Source: an uncultured Acidobacteriota bacterium (GTDB lineage: Bacteria; Acidobacteriota; Thermoanaerobaculia; UBA5066). From it: a stretch of DNA of 64,000 nucleotides. The notes beneath the pieces are model-generated. The model saw only the letters and a program-made list of their open reading frames with translations. It was not told where the DNA came from and did not search any database. Positions 1 through 7,922 of this stretch are shown here, piece after piece (the stretch's first letter is position 1; the number at the start of each line of letters is the position of its first letter). The stretch is taken from assembly GCA_903845115.1 (NCBI GenBank), contig CAIMWE010000119.1:828-64827 (forward strand), given 5' to 3'. A program made the position numbers and the translations under genes.

Positions 1-3000
1 CCCCGCACCTGAAGTTGGCGCTCGGATTCGTCCCCATGATCGCCGTCCACTGCCCCTGCGTCACGGCGTACTTCCCCACGTAATAGTCGGCGGTCAGCGT
101 CACCGCGTGCCGCGTCTCGCGGGGGTCCCGGCCCCTCTCCGTCGCCGGCGACCCCATCAGGAAGGTCCCCGCGGGGACCCTCACCATCGTCAGCGGGACG
201 TCCCCCGGCAGGGTCACCGTCACCTCGCCGGGCTCGGGACCGGAGCCGGCGACCGCCTCCATCGCCACGTACGAGCCGTCGTTCGTCCCGGACGCCGGAC
301 TCTCCCCGTCGTTCAGGATCCCGTAGGCCAGGAACGAGTCGGTCCCGGAGGCGACGGTGAGACGGCAGTAGCCGTTCGCGACGCCGCCCAGGACGCCGCT
401 CTTCTGGAACCACGCTCCCGGTCCGAGCCTCGGGAGGGTCTCCTCCGAGGCCATCCGGCCCGTCGCTCCGTCGAAGACCTGCAGCCTCACGTCGAGGTCC
501 GAGCCCTCGAGACCGACGTTGGCGACCGCCAGGTTCGACCGCGTGCCGGAGCCCTGCTGAAGGCCGTAGACCCACGCGTCCCGCGCCGCCCTCGACATCG
601 CCGACGACGGATAGAAGGCGCCGTACTCCCCACCGCCGGCGGCCGGCGTGGAGGTGCGCGCTCCCGCCATCCCCGCCACCGGTCCTTCGCGGGCTTCGAA
701 GGCGACCGTGAGGTATCCGGCGTGAACCGGACCCCTCGGCCCGATCGGCGCCCCCGCCTGGCGGAGGTCGTCGATGAGGTCCGGCACGATCACCTGCTCG
801 AACGGTTCGAGGTCGAAGGTGAACCAGCCGGTGTCCCCCTTCGGTTCGGTCACCGACTCGACGTAGTTCACGAGGACGCTCGACGGCCTCCCGGAAAGGC
901 TCGCCACGACGAGCTCGCTCTGGAAGAGGGTCGACTCCACGACGACCGGGACGCCCGTGACCGACTGGAGCCCCGAGACCAGGAGCGCCTCGACGTACGA
1001 GCCGTCGTTGGTCAGCCGGTCGTTGACGACGCCGTAGGCGAGGAACGGCCCTGTGCCGGCGATCCGCTCGACGGTCGCTCTCCCCTCGGCCCACCCTCCG
1101 GCCTCCAGGACGGAGTCGACCTGGTACCACTCGCCCGGCTGGAGCGTCAGGTCGGGAAGAGGGACGCCCGCCGCCGCGCTGTCGGGCAGGACGGTGACCC
1201 GGAGGGTGATCGGAGCGGACTCCCCGGCGTTGACGACGGCCAGGTTGCTCCGGTCGGAGGGCCCCTCCCTCAGCCCGAAGACGACGACTGGTCCGTCGAA
1301 CGCCTGCCGGACGTCGGTCCCGGGATAGGAGAGCCCGCAGCGTCCGTTGCCGGAAGGGGTCGTCGTTCGCGCCCCGGCCCAGCCCGCCCCCTCCGACGAG
1401 AGGCCCGTGAAGGTGACGCGGAGGGAGCCCCCCTCGGAGCCCGAGGCCGGGATCGCGAGCCCCTTCCGGCGGAGCCAGGCCATGGCTTCCGGGACGATCA
1501 GCTGCCGGCCGGGTTCGAGGGTCTCCGTGACCGTCCCCGATCCCGTGGCCCCCAGGCTCGGCGCCGCCGCGTACCGGAGGGTCAGCGTGGCGGTCGTGGT
1601 CCCGCGGTTCGTCAGCGTCAGCTCCGACGTGTAGCGCGGGGAGGTCCCCACGTCGAGGACGACCGGGACGAGCCGCGTGACGGGAACGCCGGGGGCGAGA
1701 CCGTTCACCGTCACCGTGCGCGAGACCGTGCTCGTGTTCTTCGCGCCGGTGGCGGCGAGGGTCACGGTGAAGGGGCCGGGGCCGGAGAAGGCGTGGACCG
1801 GGTTCCGCTGCGTCGAGAGGTTCGCGTCCCCGGACGCGGGGTCGCCGAAGTCCCAGCTCCACCCGGCCGGAACGCCGGCCGTCCGGTCCGAGAAGGCCAC
1901 CGCGTCTCCGGCCGCCGGGGCGTCCGGGACCCACGAGAAGTCGGCGCTCACCCCGCCGTCGGGCGGAACCGGGGCGATGACCCTCAGGACCTGGAACGGG
2001 TTGTGCCCCACGGCGAAGCGGTTGTCGTTCGGCTTGCCCGGCACCCAGGGCGAGTCCTCGACCCCGCCCACGGTGACGATCGCCCCGACCCAGTACCTCC
2101 CCACCGGCGTCCCGGCCGGAACCGTGAGGGGAGTGCCGGAGAGCTTCGTGTGGGTGTTCACCGGCACCGCCGCGAACGCCGCCGTGCCGAGAGGGAGGTC
2201 GGTCGGCTCGGGGTACCGCCGGGGTCCGGCGAGCCAGGCGTAGAAGCGGACCTCGACCGCCGAGGCCGCTTCCGTGCCGCTGTTCTCGAGGGTCCACCGG
2301 TCCAGGGAGAGCGTCTCGCCGGCGAGGACGGAGTCCTTGCCGAGCCTGGCGTAGTCCTGCGCTTCCGCGCTGTTGCCGTATGTGAAGGGGAAGATCCCGA
2401 CGTCGGTCCCCTTCAGGGCGAGGCCCTGGTACTCGGCCCGGAGGGTGTTGGCGTCCATCCGGGTCACGAACTTCGTCACGTCGTGGTTCGCGTAGGTCAT
2501 CGTCGAGAACGACGTCGGCTTGTCCGGGAGGTCGAAGACGTGGTGGAGCCCGAGCGAATGCCCGACCTCGTGCGGCGCGATCGCCTGCACGATCGCCGGG
2601 TTCCCGGACGCCATGTCGAACCCGGGAGCGAACCAGTCGCCGGTCCACCCGGGCGGGAAGTTCCCGTTCAGGAGAACGTCCGCCTCCGCGATCGGGCCGC
2701 AGCCCGTGGCGTCGAAGTCCCGGCAGCCGTTGAACGTCCCGAAGCTGGCGATCGGCTGGACGAGGGAGATCCCCAGGAGGCTCGGCTCCATCGCCAGCCC
2801 GTAGACGGAGAGCGCGTCCTCGTTGCCGATCAGGACGTTCACCTCGTCGATCCCGTTCCCGGGCTTGCCGAGGCCGCTCGAAGGGTCCACGGAGAGGGTC
2901 ACGACGTTCCCGAACCGGTTCCACTGCGCGATCGAGTCGGCCGCCGCCTGCTTCGTCGCGACGGTGCTGGCCTTCCCGCGGACGACGAAGTCCCGCGGCA

Positions 3001-3121
3001 TCCCGGTCTGATAGCCGCACCAGCAACTCTCGCCGTTCACCCAGCCCGCGGCCTGCTGCGCCGCGAGACGGGAGGGGACGAGGGCAGAGAGGACCGCGAA
3101 GGCCAAGACGACGCACCTCAT
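1..3121 (-). CDS. Secreted multidomain protein, C-terminus cut by the left window edge: signal peptide - metzincin-type Zn metalloprotease - PKD domain - two copies of an unassigned ~240-aa domain - FGE-sulfatase (SUMF1-like) domain
   Basis: Absent from the ORF track because it runs off the window. Hand translation of the minus strand in the frame of ATG 3121..3119 gives MRCVVLAFAVLSALVPSRLAAQQAAG (signal peptide) and HEVGHSLGLHH (HExxHxxGxxH, nt 2540-2572). It also gives WSWDFGDPASGD...PVHAFSGPGPFTVTL (PKD, ~nt 1700-1960). Two blocks each end in FLAYG(V/I)xND...NDGSYV (~nt 960-1680 and ~230-960). VPAGTFLMGS...ETRHAVTLTADYYVGKYAVTQGQW is FGE-sulfatase-like (nt 1 to ~200). Frame consistency was checked at nt 118, 358, 1678, 2038, 2581 and 3121. 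Confidence 0.8.
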   Translation of the reverse strand, partial: MRCVVLAFAVLSALVPSRLAAQQAAGWVNGESCWCGYQTGMPRDFVVRGKASTVATKQAAADSIAQWNRFGNVVTLSVDPSSGLGKPGNGIDEVNVLIGNEDALSVYGLAMEPSLLGISLVQPIASFGTFNGCRDFDATGCGPIAEADVLLNGNFPPGWTGDWFAPGFDMASGNPAIVQAIAPHEVGHSLGLHHVFDLPDKPTSFSTMTYANHDVTKFVTRMDANTLRAEYQGLALKGTDVGIFPFTYGNSAEAQDYARLGKDSVLAGETLSLDRWTLENSGTEAASAVEVRFYAWLAGPRRYPEPTDLPLGTAAFAAVPVNTHTKLSGTPLTVPAGTPVGRYWVGAIVTVGGVEDSPWVPGKPNDNRFAVGHNPFQVLRVIAPVPPDGGVSADFSWVPDAPAAGDAVAFSDRTAGVPAGWSWDFGDPASGDANLSTQRNPVHAFSGPGPFTVTLAATGAKNTSTVSRTVTVNGLAPGVPVTRLVPVVLDVGTSPRYTSELTLTNRGTTTATLTLRYAAAPSLGATGSGTVTETLEPGRQLIVPEAMAWLRRKGLAIPASGSEGGSLRVTFTGLSSEGAGWAGARTTTPSGNGRCGLSYPGTDVRQAFDGPVVVFGLREGPSDRSNLAVVNAGESAPITLRVTVLPDSAAAGVPLPDLTLQPGEWYQVDSVLEAGGWAEGRATVERIAGTGPFLAYGVVNDRLTNDGSYVEALLVSGLQSVTGVPVVVESTLFQSELVVASLSGRPSSVLVNYVESVTEPKGDTGWFTFDLEPFEQVIVPDLIDDLRQAGAPIGPRGPVHAGYLTVAFEAREGPVAGMAGARTSTPAAGGGEYGAFYPSSAMSRAARDAWVYGLQQGSGTRSNLAVANVGLEGSDLDVRLQVFDGATGRMASEETLPRLGPGAWFQKSGVLGGVANGYCRLTVASGTDSFLAYGILNDGESPASGTNDGSYVAMEAVAGSGPEPGEVTVTLPGDVPLTMVRVPAGTFLMGSPATERGRDPRETRHAVTLTADYYVGKYAVTQGQWTAIMGTNPSANFRCG

Positions 3122-3365
3122 CCGCGTTCCCTCCTTTTCTGCCGGAAGCAAGATCGGAGCCGAAACCATCGAATGACGGAAACTCCTCGGGCTCCTGGAC
3201 TTCCGACGCGCCGGGGTCCTCCACCGTGTGCCAGCCGGTGTCCCATGACACGCGCCGTGGGAAAGTCCGTGTCCCAAAATGGGACTCGGGGGGGGGGGGC
3301 GTGCCGGGCGGTCCTCGGAGGAACCGGGTAACCTCCCGGGAGCCCAGAATGGAGGGACCACGTCC

Positions 3366-4172
3366 ATGCTCGGATCCCCTTCTCCCGATCACACCGGAGC
3401 CCCCGTCGCGCTCGCCCACGCCGAGGCGGGGAGCGGCCCACCGCTCCTCCTTCTCGCCGGCCTCGGGTCCGACCGGGACTTCTGGAAGGCCCACCTCCCG
3501 CTGCTGGCCCGGAGGTACCGGGTGATCGTCCCCGACCCCCGCGGCTCGGGGGAAAGCGCCGCTCCGGCCGGGCCGTACAGCGCGGCGGAGATGGCGGGCG
3601 ACGCGCTCGCGCTCCTCGACCGGCTCGGGATAGCTGAGGCGTCCGTCGCGGGACACTCGCTCGGGGGGATGGTGGCGCTCGAGATGGCGCTCGCGGCTCC
3701 CGGGCGCGTCCGTGCGCTGGTCCTCGCGGCGACCGGCGCCCGCCCGCACCCGCTTACCCTCTTCTGCCTGGAGGTCGCGGGCACCCTCTGGGAGAGCGGC
3801 TGCGCCCCCGAAACGCTCGTCCGGACGTTCCTCACCTGGACGGCCTCCGGGGCGGTCCTCGCCTCCCCGGAGCGGGTCCGGAGCGCGGTCGAGGAGCAGC
3901 TCCGTCCCCGGGTCCCGCAGCCCCTCCCGGCCTGGAGGGCCCAGGCGGCGGCCGTGACCACCTTCGACGTCCGGGGGCGCCTCCCGGAGATCGGCTGTCC
4001 GGCGCTCGTCATCGCCGGAGACGAGGACTGCCTGCTGCCGGTGGCCGTCTCCCGGGAGCTCGCGGAAGGCATCCCGGGGGCGCGCTTCGAGGCGCTCCCC
4101 GGGGCCGGGCACAACGGAATCGCCGAGGACCCGGCCGGCTTCTGCCGGATGCTCGAGCGGTTCCTCGGGTAG
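3366..4172 (+). CDS. Alpha/beta-fold hydrolase
   Basis: Track ORF 3279..4172 trimmed to the internal ATG at 3366 (MLGSPSPD...). Motifs: LLLLAGLGSD, nucleophile elbow GHSLGG, C-terminal GAGHNGIAEDP. Protein-like composition only from residue ~30 onward. Confidence 0.85.
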   Translation: MLGSPSPDHTGAPVALAHAEAGSGPPLLLLAGLGSDRDFWKAHLPLLARRYRVIVPDPRGSGESAAPAGPYSAAEMAGDALALLDRLGIAEASVAGHSLGGMVALEMALAAPGRVRALVLAATGARPHPLTLFCLEVAGTLWESGCAPETLVRTFLTWTASGAVLASPERVRSAVEEQLRPRVPQPLPAWRAQAAAVTTFDVRGRLPEIGCPALVIAGDEDCLLPVAVSRELAEGIPGARFEALPGAGHNGIAEDPAGFCRMLERFLG

Positions 4173-4190
4173 AGAAGAGATCCCGGAGGC

Positions 4191-4985
4191 TTACTTCGCG
4201 ATCCCCTTCGGGTAGCAGAGCCCTCCGGTGATCTCGATGGTCGTGGCGTTCAGGGCCTCGTTCTCCGCGCAGAAGCCGATCATGGAGGCGATCTCCTCGG
4301 GCGCCACGAGGCGGCCGAGGTGCACGTCCTCCAGGATCGCCTTCAGGGCGTCCTGGTTCATGCCGGTCAGCATGGGCGTGGCGGTGTAGCCGGGGGCGAT
4401 GGCCACGCACCGGACGTTCCGGATGCCCCGCATCAGGAACTCGCCGACGATGATCTTCGGCATCAGGGCGTCGGCCACCTTGGCCGAGGAATAGTTGATC
4501 TGGCCCACCTGGCCGCACTTGTTCACGGAGGAGATCGGCACGAGGAGGCCCGGCCACCCGCCGTTCACCATCGCCTCCGCCGCGTCCCGGATGGTGAGGA
4601 AGGTGCCGGTCAGGTTGGTGTCGATGACGGCCTGCCACTTGTCCAGCCCCAGCTTCTTGGAGACCTGGCCCGTCTCCTTGTCCAGGCTCAGCATCGTACC
4701 GTCGCGAATGATCCCGGCCGAGGAGACGGCGATGTTCAGCTTTCCGAACGCCTCGATCGTCCCCTTGATGAACCGCGCGACGTCCGCCTCGATGGTGACG
4801 TTGGCCTGGATCCCGACGGCCTCGCCCCCCATCTCCTTCACGTCCTTGACCACGCGGTCGATGTTCTTCTGCACCATGTCGACGACAGCCACCTTGGCGC
4901 CGCGACTGGCGAAGTACTTCACCACCGCCTCGCCGATTCCGTTGCCGCCGCCCGTCACGAGAACCACGCTGCCTTTGATTTCCAT
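4191..4985 (-). CDS. Short-chain dehydrogenase/reductase (3-hydroxyacyl-CoA dehydrogenase-like SDR)
   Basis: 264 aa. TGGGNGIG cofactor motif, YSSAK catalytic Tyr/Lys, GAGGAAG RBS upstream of ATG 4985. Confidence 0.9.
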   Translation of the reverse strand: MEIKGSVVLVTGGGNGIGEAVVKYFASRGAKVAVVDMVQKNIDRVVKDVKEMGGEAVGIQANVTIEADVARFIKGTIEAFGKLNIAVSSAGIIRDGTMLSLDKETGQVSKKLGLDKWQAVIDTNLTGTFLTIRDAAEAMVNGGWPGLLVPISSVNKCGQVGQINYSSAKVADALMPKIIVGEFLMRGIRNVRCVAIAPGYTATPMLTGMNQDALKAILEDVHLGRLVAPEEIASMIGFCAENEALNATTIEITGGLCYPKGIAK

Positions 4986-5046
4986 GATCTCTTCCTCTGC
5001 GCTCGATCGCTGCTGTGCTGTCAGTTCGTCGGACCCGGTCCCGCGG

Positions 5047-5364
5047 TCACAGGTCCCTGGGAGACGAAACGCTGTCCTTGTTCCAGTAGACGAAGTTGGG
5101 GTGGGCGACGTCCGGCCCGACGATCTTCAGGTCCCCGATCATGTTCGGATGCATGACGTCCGGCCCGACCGACCGGACCCCGACGGGGAAGATCGTCTTG
5201 ATCAGGGCCAGCGCCCGCGTCCTCGCCTCGCCCTCCGTCAGGCCCCCGAAGAGGCCGGTGCCCGCCACGGCGCTGGAGCCGTTCGCGAGCTTGAAGGTGA
5301 GGTTCCAGCGGTCCCCCTCCTTCTCGAGGGAGAAATCCATGTCGTTGTAGCGGATGGCTTCCAT
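5047..5364 (-). CDS. Hypothetical 105-aa protein with an internal GPDVxHPN duplication
   Basis: Protein-like composition (K/N/F/I-containing, not RPG-rich). AAAGGA RBS 5 nt upstream of ATG 5364. Nested between the thiolase and SDR genes on the same strand. Repeat SVGPDVMHPNM / IVGPDVAHPNF. No family recognised. Confidence 0.55.
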   Translation of the reverse strand: MEAIRYNDMDFSLEKEGDRWNLTFKLANGSSAVAGTGLFGGLTEGEARTRALALIKTIFPVGVRSVGPDVMHPNMIGDLKIVGPDVAHPNFVYWNKDSVSSPRDL

Positions 5365-5392
5365 GGCTGTCCTTTCGTCCCCGCGTCCGTGG

Positions 5393-6634
5393 CTACAGCT
5401 TCTTCAGGACCGTGACGCAGTTCGTCACGGCGGAGCCGCCGACGTTGAACGACACGCCGATGTCGGCCTTCCTGGCCTTCACGCCGATCGGCTCTCCGAT
5501 CAGCTGCTTGTAGAGCAGGGCGTGCATGGAGACGCCGGTCGCGCCGACGGGGTGCCCCTTCGACTTCAGGCCGCCAGAGAGGTTGACGGCGACCTTGTCG
5601 TCGCGCGTGAAGCGCCCGTCGAGGTAGTCGTACCCGCCGCGGCCGTCCGCCGAGAACCCCAGCGCCTCCGTCGAGAGGATCTGGTTGATGGTGAAGCAGT
5701 CGTGGACCTCGGCAATGTCGATGTCTGCGGCGGTGATGCCGGCTTCCCTGTAGGCCTTGGCGGTGGCGTCCTTGCCGGCCATCAGGTCGTACATGTTGGG
5801 ACGCACGTTTTCCGGCATCCGCTCGACCGACTGCCCGATGCCCGCGATCTCCACGGCGCGCTTCCGGTTGCCGACGTTCGCGGTCGGGGTGATGACCAGG
5901 GCCGCGGCGCCGTCCGTGACGAGGGAGCAGTCGTGCAGGCGCAGGGGGGCGGCGACCATCATGTTCTTGCACCGGCCCTTCGCGTCCGGCTCGTTCAGCT
6001 TCATGATGGCCTCGACCGTCGCGGGGCCGTTCTTCATGTGGGCCAGCGGGTTCTCCGCCCCGTTCTTGTAGCAGAGGGCGCCCGCCGTCCACATCATCTT
6101 CTCCATCTCGGCGAGGGGGATCTCGTAGTGCGCCATGTAGCCCTTGGCGTACTCGGCGAAGAGCATCGGGAAGGAGATCCCCTTCGAGCCCTCGGTCGGC
6201 CAGTGCGAGGAGCAGGCCAGCACGTGCGTCATCTGCGGGGTCGGCAGGAGGTTCATCTTCTCCACGCCGATCACCAGGGCGTGCTTCGCGCGGCCTGCTT
6301 CCACGGCGTACAGCGCGCTGTAGAGGGCGACCGAGCCCGAGGCGCACGCGCACTCGCAGCGGGTCATCGGCTTGAAGCGGAGGGACGGGTCGATCTCGGC
6401 CGCGAGAGGCGCCACGTGCTCCTGGTTGATGAAGCTGCCCGGCGAGCAGGAGCCGACGAAGACGGTGTCGATCTCCTTCGCCTCGAGGCCCGCGTCGGCG
6501 ATGGCGCCGCGCCCCGCCTCGACCAGCAGGTCGTAGTAGGTCCTGGTGTCGGTGACCAGCCCGGTCGCCTTGTCCTTCTTGACGAAGGCGCCGAACTCGG
6601 TGTTGCAGGCGCCGATGATGCTGACCTTGCTCAT
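5393..6634 (-). CDS. Thiolase-like protein (SCP-x / acetyl-CoA acetyltransferase family)
   Basis: 413 aa. TRCECACASGS active-site Cys region, HDCF and GHPVGATG thiolase C-terminal motifs, GAAAGGAAA RBS. Confidence 0.9.
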   Translation of the reverse strand: MSKVSIIGACNTEFGAFVKKDKATGLVTDTRTYYDLLVEAGRGAIADAGLEAKEIDTVFVGSCSPGSFINQEHVAPLAAEIDPSLRFKPMTRCECACASGSVALYSALYAVEAGRAKHALVIGVEKMNLLPTPQMTHVLACSSHWPTEGSKGISFPMLFAEYAKGYMAHYEIPLAEMEKMMWTAGALCYKNGAENPLAHMKNGPATVEAIMKLNEPDAKGRCKNMMVAAPLRLHDCSLVTDGAAALVITPTANVGNRKRAVEIAGIGQSVERMPENVRPNMYDLMAGKDATAKAYREAGITAADIDIAEVHDCFTINQILSTEALGFSADGRGGYDYLDGRFTRDDKVAVNLSGGLKSKGHPVGATGVSMHALLYKQLIGEPIGVKARKADIGVSFNVGGSAVTNCVTVLKKL

Positions 6635-6839
6635 GCTCGGTTTCCTTTCGGGTGTGGAACCTCGGGTTTAGCTGCTGGATGACGGAACCGCGGACATCTC
6701 GCACCAGACGGAGAGGAAAGGAACGTTTGGGCGGGACGGGAGACGAGCCAGGAGAGGGCGGGCCGGCGCTCGCTCATCCCCTGCCGCGGGATCGGGCAAG
6801 TGCACGGCATCTCCATCAAGGCTCTGGAGCCTCCTCTCG

Positions 6840-6861
6840 ACATACCGAACGCTCGGTATGT
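6840..6861. promoter_or_regulatory. 9-bp inverted repeat with 4-nt spacer (ACATACCGA-acgc-TCGGTATGT), candidate operator
   Basis: Read directly. Lies in the 493-bp divergent intergenic region between the thiolase operon (-) and the TauE gene (+), in a locally AT-richer stretch. Confidence 0.3.
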
Positions 6862-6921
6862 GTAGCCACCCACGAATCGTAGCCGTCTCGAATCGCGTGT
6901 CAAGAATCCGGGACTGATCCC

Positions 6922-6951
6922 GATGCATCATTTTCGGCCGAAATATGCATC
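6922..6951. promoter_or_regulatory. Nested AT-rich palindrome GATGCAT-cat-TTTCGGCCGAAA-t-ATGCATC, candidate transcription-factor binding site
   Basis: Perfect 12-bp palindrome TTTCGGCCGAAA (6932-6943) flanked by inverted GATGCAT/ATGCATC. About 180 nt upstream of the TauE start. Conspicuous against the GC-rich background. Confidence 0.35.
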
Positions 6952-7127
6952 AGGAGGAACCCGCCGTCGGACCGGCGGCGCCCGGGGGAGGGCAAGCCGA
7001 TTGCCAGTCGGGACCGGACTCCCTATCCTCGCGCCTGCCATCCTCCGACACCCGCGGCGCGCGCCGCAAGGGGTTCCGGTGTCTCCCATCCCGTCCGAGC
7101 GCCCCGGCAAGGCAGAAGGAATCCACG

Positions 7128-7895
7128 ATGTTCACACCGATCCAGTTCCTCCTCGCCGCGCTGGCCGCGATCGGCGCCGGGGCCGTCAACGCCCTGGCGG
7201 GCGGCGGCACGCTGATCACCTTCCCGATGCTCGTCGCGCTGGGCGTGCCGGCCGTCGCCGCGAACGTGACGAACACGGTGGCGCTCTGTCCTGGGTACCT
7301 CGGCGGGACGCTCGCCCAGAGGAACGACCTGCGGGGGCAGAAGAGCCGTCTGTGGTTGATCCTCCCGGCCGGCATCGTCGGCGGAGTCCTGGGAGGGTTC
7401 CTCCTTCTGAACACCGGGGAGAAGCTCTTCCGGACCCTCGTTCCCTGGCTGATCCTCCTCGCCTCGGTCCTCCTCGCGATCCAGAATCCCGTCCGTGCCT
7501 GGCTGATGCGCCGGATGGGCGCCGACCACTCGGGCACGGGCCTCGAGCGGTGGTCCTGGCTCCCCGTCGGCGCGGCCTCGATCTACGGCGGCTACTTCGG
7601 CGCGGGGCTGAGCGTGATCGTCCTCTCCGCGCTGGGGCTGACCGTGCACGACACCCTGACGCGCCTGAACGCCCTGAAGCAGGCGGTGGCGTTCGCGGTC
7701 AACGTGGCGGCGGCCGTCTTCTTCGTCTTCTCGGGCCAGGTCGTCTGGCCCATGGCGCTCGTGATGGCGGTCGGCGCGCTCCTCGGCGGGACCCTCGGCG
7801 GGAAGCTCGCGGGAAGGGTCCACCCCTCCACCTTGCGCTGGGTCGTCGTCACGATCGGCGTCGTCATCTCGATCGTCTACTTCGTCCGCGGGTAG
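7128..7895 (+). CDS. TauE/SafE-family (DUF81) anion exporter membrane protein
   Basis: Track ORF 6945..7895 trimmed to ATG 7128 ([18 protein letters not shown]..., AAGGA RBS at 7116-7120). Multiple Gly-rich TM helices, [11 protein letters not shown] and GGYFGAGLS motifs typical of the family. Confidence 0.85.
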   Translation: MFTPIQFLLAALAAIGAGAVNALAGGGTLITFPMLVALGVPAVAANVTNTVALCPGYLGGTLAQRNDLRGQKSRLWLILPAGIVGGVLGGFLLLNTGEKLFRTLVPWLILLASVLLAIQNPVRAWLMRRMGADHSGTGLERWSWLPVGAASIYGGYFGAGLSVIVLSALGLTVHDTLTRLNALKQAVAFAVNVAAAVFFVFSGQVVWPMALVMAVGALLGGTLGGKLAGRVHPSTLRWVVVTIGVVISIVYFVRG

Positions 7896-7903
7896 CTTTT
7901 CCC

Positions 7904-7920
7904 GCCGGCGACGCGCCGGC
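7904..7920. terminator. GC-only hairpin (7-bp stem GCCGGCG/CGCCGGC, 3-nt loop) between convergent genes; possible bidirectional terminator
   Basis: Sits in the 27-nt gap between the TauE stop (7895) and the sdaA stop (7923). No U-tract on either side, so weak. Confidence 0.25.
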
Positions 7921-7922
7921 CG

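Noticed and set aside
107-3331. 1074-aa plus-strand ORF, the longest ORF listed at the left end
   Set aside because: Its translation is Arg/Pro/Gly/Asp-rich with no motif. The opposite strand in one frame gives a signal peptide, HExxHxxGxxH, PKD and FGE-sulfatase motifs. This is a typical antisense open frame in GC-rich DNA.
6668-6931. 87-aa minus-strand ORF ([14 protein letters not shown]...) and the other small ORFs in the 6635-7127 intergenic region
   Set aside because: I found no RBS and no recognisable motif, and the second half is Pro/Ala/Arg-rich. I could not support it as coding, and the region is better described as regulatory.
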